A stretch of 64,000 nt of DNA from Tubulanus polymorphus (Eukaryota; Animalia; Nemertea): NCBI RefSeq assembly GCF_964204645.1, contig NC_134028.1, positions 24,300,345 to 24,364,344 on the forward strand, given 5' to 3'. The notes below the pieces were generated by a model. It was not told the DNA's origin and did not search any database. It saw only the letters and a list, made by a program, of their open reading frames with translations. A program made the translations under genes and the position numbers. Positions 52,879 through 64,000 of the stretch are shown in pieces. Numbering within the stretch: position 1 is the stretch's first letter; each line of letters starts with the position of its first letter.

Positions 52879-55836
52879 CGTGTGACACTATTCAATATGG
52901 AAACCTGTGATAAAACAAAACTCAAATTTCAATGAAATGAAAATAACGAGATGGAAAATGTTCTTCAAAAATACTATCAAGTAATTTGGACCCGGGCCGT
53001 ATTTACAGAATACTATCTAATAAAACTAGAAACGCCTGTGAATTGGGCCCGAAATTGGTTTTATATAGAAAGAGTTCCAAACGCACAAAAAAATCGTTCT
53101 TCAATTATTCTTAATGGCAGCAAAAATCGTTCTTCAATTATTCTTAATGGCAGCAGATTCGAGCCATTGAGTAAAAATCACATTTGAATCATTTTTTCTT
53201 TGAGGTTTTGAAATAGGTTGTTTTTATCCAATTGATTTGAGATGAACGGCGCTCAGTAGCGATTGATTTTCGATAATTACTCGTACAGATTTTCCTTAGA
53301 AAATGGGAGGAAATTAAAGAAAATGAGAAATAATTTTTTTTTATAATAGGCGCTTCAAATAGATATGAAAAGGAAAAAAAAGTGAAAATAATTTTTTTTA
53401 ATCATTTGAATAATTTCGACATACGGACTTTAAAGATAAAAGCGGAGTGAAAATTGTGTTTCAAAAGATAAGAGAAATGAATAAAAATAGATTTTTGCAA
53501 ATTACGATATATAAGACGGAAATAACAAAAAGAAATCATCACTTTCTTAAAATTTGATTGATTCTGCAGGACTCCGGAAGGTGGGTCCATTCTAAGTGAT
53601 TAACAAATAAGGCATAAGGAAAAACCTTTTTTATCATTGTTCTAATCTTCGCGACTTACTTAAAGAAATAAGCGGCTGAAACTTTCTCTGTTTAAACAAG
53701 CGTTTGAAAATAAGGATCGTTGAATACAAGCAAAGCTAATAAACAATCATCTTTGTGGTATTTATAAAATCTATTTTTCGACGTCAGTGAATCAGAAATT
53801 TACTTCTCGTACTTCTGAAAAAAAGTAGCCGCGTCTTACCTTCTTTCTTCAATGTGAATATTAAGTCTCCTCTTTTTTTTAAATGAAGATCGCAGGCTTA
53901 TATGAATTTCTAGTTGAATCGTATCGGAGTTACCAGGCTGCGCGGAGGATACGGTTCATCAGATCGAAAAGATAAGTTTGCTTTTTGCATTGTTTACGCC
54001 CGTTCCGCGATTGTTTTAGGATCGGTGACATGTGGTTTCTCTCATCAGACAACGTGCGTGCGTTTCACACAATAGAATCTTATCTATTTCACGCATGACG
54101 TGTCAAGATGCAATCAAAACATATCTATTGGGACTGATCGAACATTTTGAAAAACAATCCTAGTGTCATCGACTTTAAGTATTCCCTATGCTATAACGGA
54201 AGTATTGTACTGAATTTATGTAGCCGTGTTCCGAACACATAGCTTTTAGTTAAATAGAATTGAGTTGAAAGAAATGTATCTAGTTTTCGATGAGTCGATG
54301 AATTTGCTCCAGATGTTACCGCGTGTTTAACGTCCATATGGAGCTAAATGTGGAACGGAAATATTCTTCTTTTTCAAATTCTTATTTGCGGCTTTCCCGA
54401 AAGTCCAACAGGTGCATTTTCCTTCGGCTGGGATTCGAGCTTGATGGTACGAAACCCAGCCTGGTGCACACAATACTCTGTGTCCCAGACAGCGCATATC
54501 AGATTGCCCGTTTTATAATCACTTAGGCAAATTCGTCTGGATAGACCAGGCCACCAGGACCCAGTTCTACAGCTGTGAGTAGAGATTTGACTCGGAGTTA
54601 ACTCTAACTCACAACTATGGAACTGAAATCTAGGCTGAAAGTAAACAAACTGAATTTCTGATTGGCTAATAATAACATCACAACAACGCACAAAAGATTC
54701 TTTATTTTGTAACGTGTCAGAATCAAGTTCCGTGCCGGGAGTAGAAGATCGCGTTGATAAATAAGCAAATGTCACCATCTCAGCTCTATGGACCACACAT
54801 CGAAATCAGACATTGTTTTGTTCAGAAAAGCCAACCGTTCAATGCCTGCTTGTTGGTGCATAGTAAAAGATGATGGAAAAAGCACTTGTGTTCATTCATT
54901 GATAAAATCCATAGATATGTATGTATATTGTTTTTCTTTTTTTAGGATTGAAAGAAAACAAAACGCTGTTTCGAGGACATTTCCTGTTGGTCGACGCCAC
55001 ACGACAAACAACCCCTGAACATGGTTTGTTTCAAGGCATGGCGGCGTTTGTGAAACAGTGTATATTTTTTTAGCGTCAAATCATCAACTTTTGAAGTCGA
55101 AGTTTAACCGCGATTAAACTGGATTGCGAAAGAGCACGCATTTCATCAAACGGGTGATTATCATCTACTTTCGCGATTACGTTTCGTCTTCGATGGTATT
55201 TGTATCCGTCGACGGAGGCTTAATGATTCTTGCCTCGAAATATCGCAATTAACGTCTGCGAATTATACCCCCTTCCGCTATCGGAAGCCAGCTCTAAAAT
55301 AAATGGCTTGTTGCTAAGCTGCGGTACGTTTTCGATTTTCTATCATCTGCCATCGGTAGTGTTGGGAGAAAAAATCTCGCACGCGACAACTGAAAGGGGA
55401 ACTGCGGCAATCGAGGATTCCACTTATGGCAAGCGAGGATCCACCAGGTTCGCTAGTAGTTACTCGGTCTCGCGTTCAGTTCCTTCTACATTTCATCTGA
55501 ATTCGAATGAACCTCTACCGTTATCGTTTAAATGAATCAATTATCAAAGAAAATGCAGAAAAAAGGAAAAAGAAAAATGAATTCATTGTATATTTAGCGG
55601 TTCTACGTATCACACCCCAACCATTTCAATGGTACAAGGAGGAGAATTACAATTAATTACAAAAACAGAAAATAAAAGCATTTTAAAACATAACAAACGT
55701 TTATTTACAAGTTACATAATATATACATTTTATGTTTTGGATTTTTATACATCAAAGTTCCTAAAGGTTAGACTGATTGCTCGTCACGCCATCTGGTAGA
55801 ATAGTTAGTGTTGCAGCTCTCCATAACCTGCGCAAG

Positions 55837-58800
55837 ATGGAACAGGCGGTGCATCTAGACCAATTCAAGCATAACAACACGACTTCTCTAACGTCGCAAG
55901 GTAGCGGTGTGCCGGTCGACACCGACGGCGCTCTGTTCAAACTGCAATTCGTTCAGTACGGGCAGTGGCTGCAGAATCACTCGTTACTAAAATCAAGACA
56001 CATTCCATTCGACATCCATTATTCGCTGGAACGAATCGACGACACGCCGAAAGCCTTTTTGATTTTAGCTTATTCGATTATCACCGTATTAGCTATCGTC
56101 GGTAATGTGCTTATCTTATGCGTGCTCGGACTGAGCAAGCGGCCGTCGACCGAGCGAACGTTGACGATCTATTTTGCAAATCTCGCCATCGCCGATATTT
56201 TGATGGCTTGTTTCTGTATTCCGTTCACTTTTACGCAGACGATTCTACGACGTTGGATTTACGGTCCTGTAATGTGTCCGCTCGTGTTGTTCATGCAGGT
56301 TTTGTCGGTGACGTGTAGCGTGTTTATCTATATAGCTATCGCTATAGACAGGTACGTACGAAAGTGAGTTTTGAATTCTGAAATCGGCAATCGACTTGTT
56401 CTGATTGGTCCGTGTTGTTTCAGCGGGACCAATCAGAACAGGATATTTATAACGGTCTTGAAAATATCCTTTTACGTATGAAATTTCGAGTTCTAAAAAA
56501 ATCACGTGGCCACAAAATACGTAAATATTCTTTCATATAAAAGCGCTTGTGTATTTACAGGTTTTGGGCCGTGTTGTATCCGATGAAATTAAGAATGGGC
56601 AACGTCGGCTCCCGCGTGGTCTTACTGATAATCTGGGTAGCGGCCGGCGTTTTCTCTACATTTCAAATCTTCCTGGCGCGGTTACAGGAAATGTCGACGA
56701 CGACCCCTAGCGGCGTTAAAGTACACTACTACGTTTGTAACGAGGTTTGGTCGACGGACCGACAGCGAATGATCTACTCGATAGCTATGACTAGTATTAC
56801 TTACGTGATTCCGTTCTTCCTGCTCACAGTTATGTATTCGAGGATCTGCTGCGTTCTTTGGGGAGATCTATCGGTGTCGGGGGTTAATCAACGAATCGAT
56901 GACTGTCAGATCAGTGTCAAAAGAAAGGTAATGCATTTCAATTTATCACCGATCACGATTTATTTATGATAATGACGCCACGAACCCGTAAATGATCGAT
57001 GTTGAAGTAGCACTCTACAGCAGACGCAACGTGACGTAGACTGGTGTGTCAAACCACCAAACAAATCTGTTATTAACTATTTTATGAATTGCTCATTAGT
57101 TAAGTACTAATAATAAATGATGAACGACGAAAGGATAGGACTATAGATTAGTATAACGGCTATTATCAAATGCATTCTACAGAAATGACTTGAACAGAAA
57201 TGTCTCGAGCAGTCCGCTGGAAGAGAGGCAATATCTCGGAATGGCTGGAACAGGGAATTCCACAACGTTGGCTGAAAATGTCCAAAATGAACGTTCGCCA
57301 AATGACTTCAGACGATAAGATATATTTGGCCAGAGCAGCACTTCAGCGCCCACCTAACGCCATAATGAAAGAATATTTTCCTCGCATTAAGTGATGAACT
57401 CTATTTTCCTATTCTTTACTCATAACTATCCTTTGCTTTATATTCTCTTCCTATACGTTCTTAACACCTTTCAGAACATCATAGTTAACCAAGGACTGCT
57501 ATATCCAATTAAATCTTTTCAATCTTTGATTCAGATTAGGTAATTTCCCGCAGAAAAAGAATTAGATATGAAATCAAATTGCAAGTTTGATTGACATCTT
57601 GATTGATATTCTATTTTTCAATGCCAGGTTACCTCATACAAAGATTATCTAGTTCAACTAATTTTTTCTAGCCATACTTTTCTGAAAAAAAAAACAGCAA
57701 AAGAGATATTGAATGATTCAATTCTTTTGCAGGCGACGAAAATGTTGATCGCTGTCATTGTCGCTTTTGGGATTTGTTGGTTTCCGTTGAACTGCATCAA
57801 CTTGATAATGGACACGGCACCGGATTTTTTCCAGACGATCCTGACCGGTGCTGAGAAGCAGTTCGCCGCGGTATTCTACACCTGCCACTGGCTTGCTATG
57901 TCGCACAGTACGGCTAATTTCGTCATATTTTTGTGGCTGAAGAAAAGTTTCAGGGTTTGTAATAATCAGCATAATCTCTTACCAAAGAAGAATCCCTTGC
58001 AGAGCTCAAGACCTGGATCTGCGACGTTATGTTCATTCATCTCGAGTTATTTTGATTATTCACTCGTTTGTATGAGTTGATAGTGTATACGACAATCTGT
58101 CATATAACCGTGAAAAATGTTTCGAAAACAATATTTCGTGTAAAGGGTCTTACAGTTATTGAAACCGACATCGCATAGATAACCATAGCAGTGCCGAAAA
58201 TTCCATGGATGAATTCCTGGTGAATTTGATAAAGTAGGGTGTATTTCCAGATCTTAAATGATTTCATTTGTTGTAAAGGCCTAAAAACGTTTTTATTTGC
58301 AAACTTACATAACTACATAACCAAGATTTGACCCCATAGAGTAAAAACATTGGCAATGAAAACCGAGAACTGTGGAGCTTTGTCCATCGAAAAACCTAAC
58401 TTAAATCGTTTTGAATATTGAAATATCTATTGAATTTTCCAGGAAGAACTGACGACAATGATGAGAATCTGCTGCTTACGAGCGACAAATCGTAATTCGA
58501 AACTCCGACCAACCGACGATCTACAAAAAACACGCCACGTGGCCTTGACCGTGAACGCTTCGTCGGTGCGTACTCGGAACCCGTCTAAACGTCTGCGCAA
58601 ACTAATGTCGGTTCGTTCGTCCAGCGGAGAAGAATCTGCCCAATCACCGCACACTCCAGTCAGCAGGATCGAACTATTTTTGTAAGCTAACCTTTTTGAA
58701 TTATTTGGATGACAGAGTTTTCTTTACAGCAAATTATTAGCCCTGACAACTAACTAGTCGACTATTCACGAAAACCCAGGTTCGTCTCACCCGATACGGC

Positions 58801-59248
58801 ACAGAGGCACTCTGGCTTGTCTTGGTGAGCGGTCTCTCTTGTCAATACAGGTTTCGCGGGTTGTCGAGTTTTGGACCTGCTAATAATTCGACGAAGTGGC
58901 ACTCACTGTTCTGAGGGTCGGATAATGGTCTCATATGCATATATCGGATAAATGAACGTTGTATTCATTTTCAGCTCCGCAACGGACGAAGACGAGGACG
59001 CATTCGAAGACAACGTCTCGACGAATCTGACGGCGGTCAACTCGAAAAAGCGGACGAACTCCGGGCCGGATTTCTCGGTGCCGAAATTAAAGAATCTACT
59101 GAAAACTAACGCGACTCTCACGGTGGATTTGGACTGGCAGCCGATGCAAGAGATTGGGTTATTAAATACATTCGCGCACCTGTCCGCTGAGAACGTTCAC
59201 AACGAAGCGGCGACTAACGGCCATTCTGTGAACGAAACGAATGTATGA
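55837..59248 (+). CDS. Class A neuropeptide-receptor-like GPCR (GPR83/RYamide-luqin/tachykinin group), atypical TM7
   Basis: Exons 55837-56351, 56561-56927, 57733-57954, 58443-58681, 58975-59248. GN (TM1), NLAIAD (TM2), CIPFTF, WIYGPVMC, DRF, CNEVW, YVIP, ICWFPLN, CHWLAMSHSTANFVIF. Confidence 0.88.
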
Positions 59249-60513
59249 GCATGATTACACGACTTTTGAGAGCCTTCATTTTCTCTTTTATGATGATTTG
59301 TTGTAATCCAGAAAAGTTATCATCCTCGCAGAGCTTTTTGTACCCCGAGATCAGATTTTTGAAAGAAACGAGGGACCGTGAATTTTAAACAAGTCACGAT
59401 ATTCACCAACACTTTTGTTATCATAGATGATTGAATTGAGTTTCACCCTCATTTTTTCAATCGGTTCATTTTCTTTGGGTTCTTTGTTGTATAAGTTATA
59501 GCCTTAATAGTGTATTTAAATGTTTGTATTCCATCCCAAAATGGTATAATGATGAAAGCATATATATACCAAAAAGTCATCCGGGTAATTGAATGAGGGC
59601 TCCGCAGTCGGTTGTGGCAAGCGAGGATCCACCAGGCTCGCGAGTGTGCATTCGACAAGGATGTCGAGTTTCTTTCCAGATTCTACTAAAATCTATCCAA
59701 TACTTCTTACATTCTATGAATGATGAATAAATGTATCCGAGATATCCAAAATACTTGTTTGTAAATATGTCATGCTTCCAGGATGTTTACTTAGAGATCT
59801 TACTCTATCAATAAATTGATTCACTGATTTATATTGAGAGGCGAAAAAGAGATTGTGTTTTGCTTATTCTTGTTTAACGTGATTTTTTTCGTATAACAAA
59901 ATTACTGATATACTCAATTATACTAAATCATACGTAATAATGATATTGCCGTTTACAATAGATATAATCGTTTATATAACTGTTTGTAACTTTTATTGTC
60001 TTTTCATTTTTTCCAACCATTTGAACTATTCATTTTTGTTCAAAGCAGTGTTGGTTATGTATAAGTCTTCGAGTTAGACAGCGCCTTGCTCTTTCGTCAA
60101 ATGGTTGAGATTTTGAATAATCAGATTCCAATCCCTAAGCGTTTAATGACTATAAAGTACAACGGGTAAACTAATGAGGATGGTTGTTGAATGTTGGAAG
60201 GCGAATGACTGGTCTATCTATAATTCCAACGACTGATGTATTGACGTAAATACCACCGGGTAAAATACAAATCTTTAAAACATAGAGCACTAGAGCCTTT
60301 TGGATTACATGTTGGTCAATGATTGCGCGTAAAATGGTCTGTGAAGAAAGTGTTTATAAATCCGTGTGTTAAGATGACAGCCATCATGCAGCCATTAGGC
60401 TTTGCTGGTCTTGCATTGTGTATCATGTACATATTGTATTGTACATAATATTTTCTATGTGAATAAAGTTTATTGTATTATACAATATTGTTATTTATCG
60501 TTAACCGTCTCGA

Positions 60514-60691
60514 CCTGGGGCGAACTTGGGTTTACGTAGTTAGTCGAGTCGGGGCTAGTAATCAAACACACGCACCATAGTTCCATAGTTCGATCATACG
60601 CATTTCACAGTGTCGGCCATCTTGGAACTAGGTCTGGTTTCCGTTGCATGGGTCGCTAGACGACTAACTCCGATAGCCGACGTTCGCCCAG
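60514..60691. mobile_element. Short inverted-ended repeat element
   Basis: Ends ctggggcgaac...gttcgcccag. The internal agtgtcggccatcttg(g/a)aactaggtc is shared with ~47483-47508. Confidence 0.45.
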
Positions 60692-61404
60692 ACAGTGGAT
60701 ATCTAACATAATGCTTACACAACCAGGTAATGTATGAAAATACCATAATAATAATGATAGATAATATAAGTCCGAAAATGAGGCGATTCCTGAAGATGAC
60801 TGTTAGAATATTGTCAAAACGTCGAAAATTAGCTGAAGGAAACGTTTTCGGACCTTATACTATTTTTCGTTAATAATTGTGGGAATCTTTATACATTATC
60901 GTCACAACATAGTATTCCATCAATGGTTAGTACACAACCAGAAGATGCCACGACCACAAACTATGGTTCGGTTTTTTATCTCGTATTTTGACCGCACTCG
61001 TTTTCGATCATCTTGGCGTCGCCGAGTAAGAGAAGCAACTATTGTTTACAACATACATTGATTCGATTTTTGCGAACACGGAACACGCGGCCACCACTAA
61101 GTTCAATAAATTGCCCCAATCAGTGAATCATCCCCGCAGCTCGGTTTTGTTCTCTTCACTTGCTCGACGCTTATGTATGTAATTGCAACTACCCCGCGTT
61201 AGAACGCGTAAAACATAATCATCTTCAAATAAGAAACGTTACGCTTTCATGCGCAATGTTTCTATTTGTGACTAGCACTGCGAACGTCCAGTTTTCATAG
61301 TTATCGTCACGGACGAAACGGAGGTCTGGTAAGGTCAATGGGTGTCCAGTAACGTTTCGTAAACGTTTATGTATAAAATCGAAAACGAACGATTTACAGT
61401 CACA

Positions 61405-64000
61405 ACAATTTTAGTTTATTGCGTCGAATAAGTCCGTTCAAATATCTTCCAATATCTAGTTTCAAAACATTCGAATTCGTGTAAAATATATTTTGAAAAA
61501 GGCTACGGTTTCTTTGAATTATGCTGTATTTATATGAAATGGTTCCCTCTATTCATTATAATAGTAGTTATAATCACGATATCTTTTACACGGTTATTAT
61601 CATGATATATACGATGGTATCATCATTCAAGAGACTCAGACTTGAGATATGTAGTCCAGACAATCGTGAGGACATTGTTTACCAATGAGTTGTTCCTCTT
61701 CGCTAGTCAACTCTTGGAATTTGGAGGTTGTACAGGAATATATGGTAGCTCTCCCGCTGGCAACATTACCTGAAGAAAATGTCAGCAAACTGTTGAGGTT
61801 CTATTTATGAAAATCTGTCAAATTTGGGCGGATCCAGAGACTGATTTTGAAGGAATTGTCACAGCCCAAAAGGGCACTTTGAAAAAGGAATGTTAAGCGC
61901 ATTCCTGCACTGAAATTCACCAATTGTCTTTGTTGAATGAAAAATGGCACCAATAGAATTTGATGGACTTGTACAAGTCTCATAAGTCCCCCGGGATCTG
62001 ACCCTACAAATCGGGAGTGTACTAAAGAAAGTTCTTTCATAACAGATTTTGTGGTATTCGAACCCACCACCAGTTGTAATCAGTACAACCTACCAGCAAG
62101 GAGGTAATTCCCTTCATTTCGAAAATTGACTCCGCACCTGGCAGAATCTGAAGGAGTGTATATTTCCATATCTTCACCAAGCATAATATTGTTGAAAATT
62201 CCCGATTTTGAAGCTTTTACCTATAAATATCGCAAAATGGATGAATTCAAATTTGACGGTCAAAGACAGAGATCAGTTGCCAATCAGGGATAAAGTCTAA
62301 TGTATTGGATCGTTAGATTAATTATAGAGTCTGCAGGTGATACGTTCCACAGAACACTTATAAAATCCCATTTAATCTTCAATTTGTATTACCGGTATCG
62401 TGACTATTTGCCTAATCTTATAAGTCGTTCTGTGAAACGATGTTTTAAGTTAGTGATTTAGGTTAAAGGAAAAGCCCCTAAAGCCGAGCCTTATAGTAAC
62501 GAAACCGCACACAGCAATGCATATGAGAAATGATACTGAAGTCAAGTTTTTACACAATTATCGATTTGTTTTTTTCATATTTTTGACTGTACTAACCCGG
62601 ACTATTTCCAGCAATTTAGCATTGTATACGCGATAATCCCCAATGATGTCGTTCTCTCCCAGATGGGCACCGATTACTGAAAGTAATCAAATTTGCAAAT
62701 ATACAAGTATCAAGTAATTAACCGGCCCTTAGTCGATGGAGGTGCCGATTGTACCTAATAGGATCGGATTTATGACCGTTTATGACTTTTAACCAAGGTT
62801 TTAAACTTAATCATTCATTAGTCAAAAATAGCCGCGGGTTATAACTAATCTTTACATGAGTAGACCCGAGAGTCTTGAGTGTCGAAACCAATGATTTTCC
62901 TTTTCAAAATGTATAAAACCAAGGATTGACTTTTGTGCTCTTAGTCTGTCGAACCCTAATTCAATCATCCGAGGATTGCTTTTCTTTTGGAATCCGGACT
63001 CGGGCTTATCGGGCAGGGTTTCAGGCCGTGGCCGACTCGATGCCACCTGGTTCGAATCCAGGCCGGGGACCGATGAGTCGTAAATACATTTTTTGTTTTT
63101 TCTAATTGAAAACTCGGATTTGAATAATTCGTGGATTACCGAAATCATAACCGCAGTATTTTTCCATCGTAAGAGGATCCAAATATGGGGGTAAACAGGA
63201 ACAAGCCTCCGAACCCGCTGCCAATGACGTCACCAATATAACCACGGAAAGAATGAGCTTCATCGTGTGACACTATTCAATATGGAAACCTGTGATAAAA
63301 CAAAACTCATATTTCGATGAAATGAAATGTTCTTAAAAAATACTATCAAGTAATTTGGACCCGGGCCGTATTTACAGAATACTATCTAATAAAACTAGAA
63401 ACGCCCGTGAATTGGGCCCGAAATCGGTTTTATATTGAAAGTGTTCTAAACGCGTCAAAATCATTCTTCAATTATTTTAATGGTGGCAGATTCGGAAGGA
63501 AAATTGAAATAAGAACAGGAAAAATGGAAAATACATTTTCATCATTCGAGTATTTCCCCCATACGATCTCGGAAGGACTGGAGAATAAAACAAAGAGTGA
63601 AAGTTGTGATGAAATTGAATTCAATCGATTGGAAAAAGGAAAAAAAACTTTTTGCAAATCGCTAGATTGGAAATTGAGACGGCTATAAGAAAAACGAAAT
63701 TGATGGAAAAATTGTGATGAAAACACGAAGTGGGACTAAACAAAAAGGATTTCTATTTAATTTGATTAATTATGCAGAATTATGGGAGAGTCTAATTAAT
63801 TAACAAAATAAGGCCTTTGTAAAATCCTTCAATTATTGTTCTAACGACACGACGAAATAAATGACTTTGAACTTCGACTTTGAAAACTTTCTCTGTTTAA
63901 ACAAGTGTAACTTTGTATGTTTAAACGAAAGTTCGAAAATAAGGGTCGCCGAATACAACGAATCCTAATAAACAATTATCTTTGTTGTAATTATAAAATC
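61405..64000. repeat. Second copy of a ~2.5-kb direct segmental duplication (first copy ~51300-53771)
   Basis: Collinear similarity runs from the TIMP 3' UTR through all introns to ~0.7-0.9 kb of upstream DNA and reaches the window edge. Confidence 0.9.
61636..63263 (-). CDS. Secreted single-domain TIMP-like metalloproteinase inhibitor, paralogue B, 154 aa
   Basis: Minus-strand exons 63263-63140, 62676-62597, 62220-62094, 61769-61636, identical in size and phase to paralogue A. Protein MKLILSVVILVTSLAAGSEA|CSCLPPYLDPLTMEKYCGYDFVIGAHL...IYTPSDSARCGVNFRNEGNYLLAGNVASGRATIYSC...KQCPHDCLDYISQV. Confidence 0.9.

Overview
Eukaryotic, intron-rich animal DNA (invertebrate, probably lophotrochozoan; the taxon is an inference). 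Exon structures below were reconstructed by hand from GT-AG sites and reading phase. Genes in order: E4F1-like zinc-finger factor (+, 13 exons), with an intronless POLG2 nested on the same strand in intron 11; UBE2I/UBC9 (-), head-to-head with a KDEL-ending MINPP1 (+); ZFAND4 (+); an intronless pseudokinase (-), head-to-head with a 13-exon ionotropic glutamate receptor-like gene (+); a repeat-rich ~13 kb stretch with no confident gene; and a class A neuropeptide-type GPCR (+) that lacks NPxxY. The GPCR is flanked by two 4-exon, single-domain TIMP-like paralogues (-) that the ORF track misses. They have identical signal peptides but only about 60% identical mature chains, with very few silent changes. 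Non-coding DNA holds piggyBac-type (TTAA) and Harbinger-type (CWG) MITEs, a DNA element with 8-9 bp TSDs and tRNA-like/B-box terminal arms, a tRNA-derived SINE head, several mini- and microsatellites, and a degenerate Penelope-type hammerhead. No CRISPR array or other prokaryotic feature was found.
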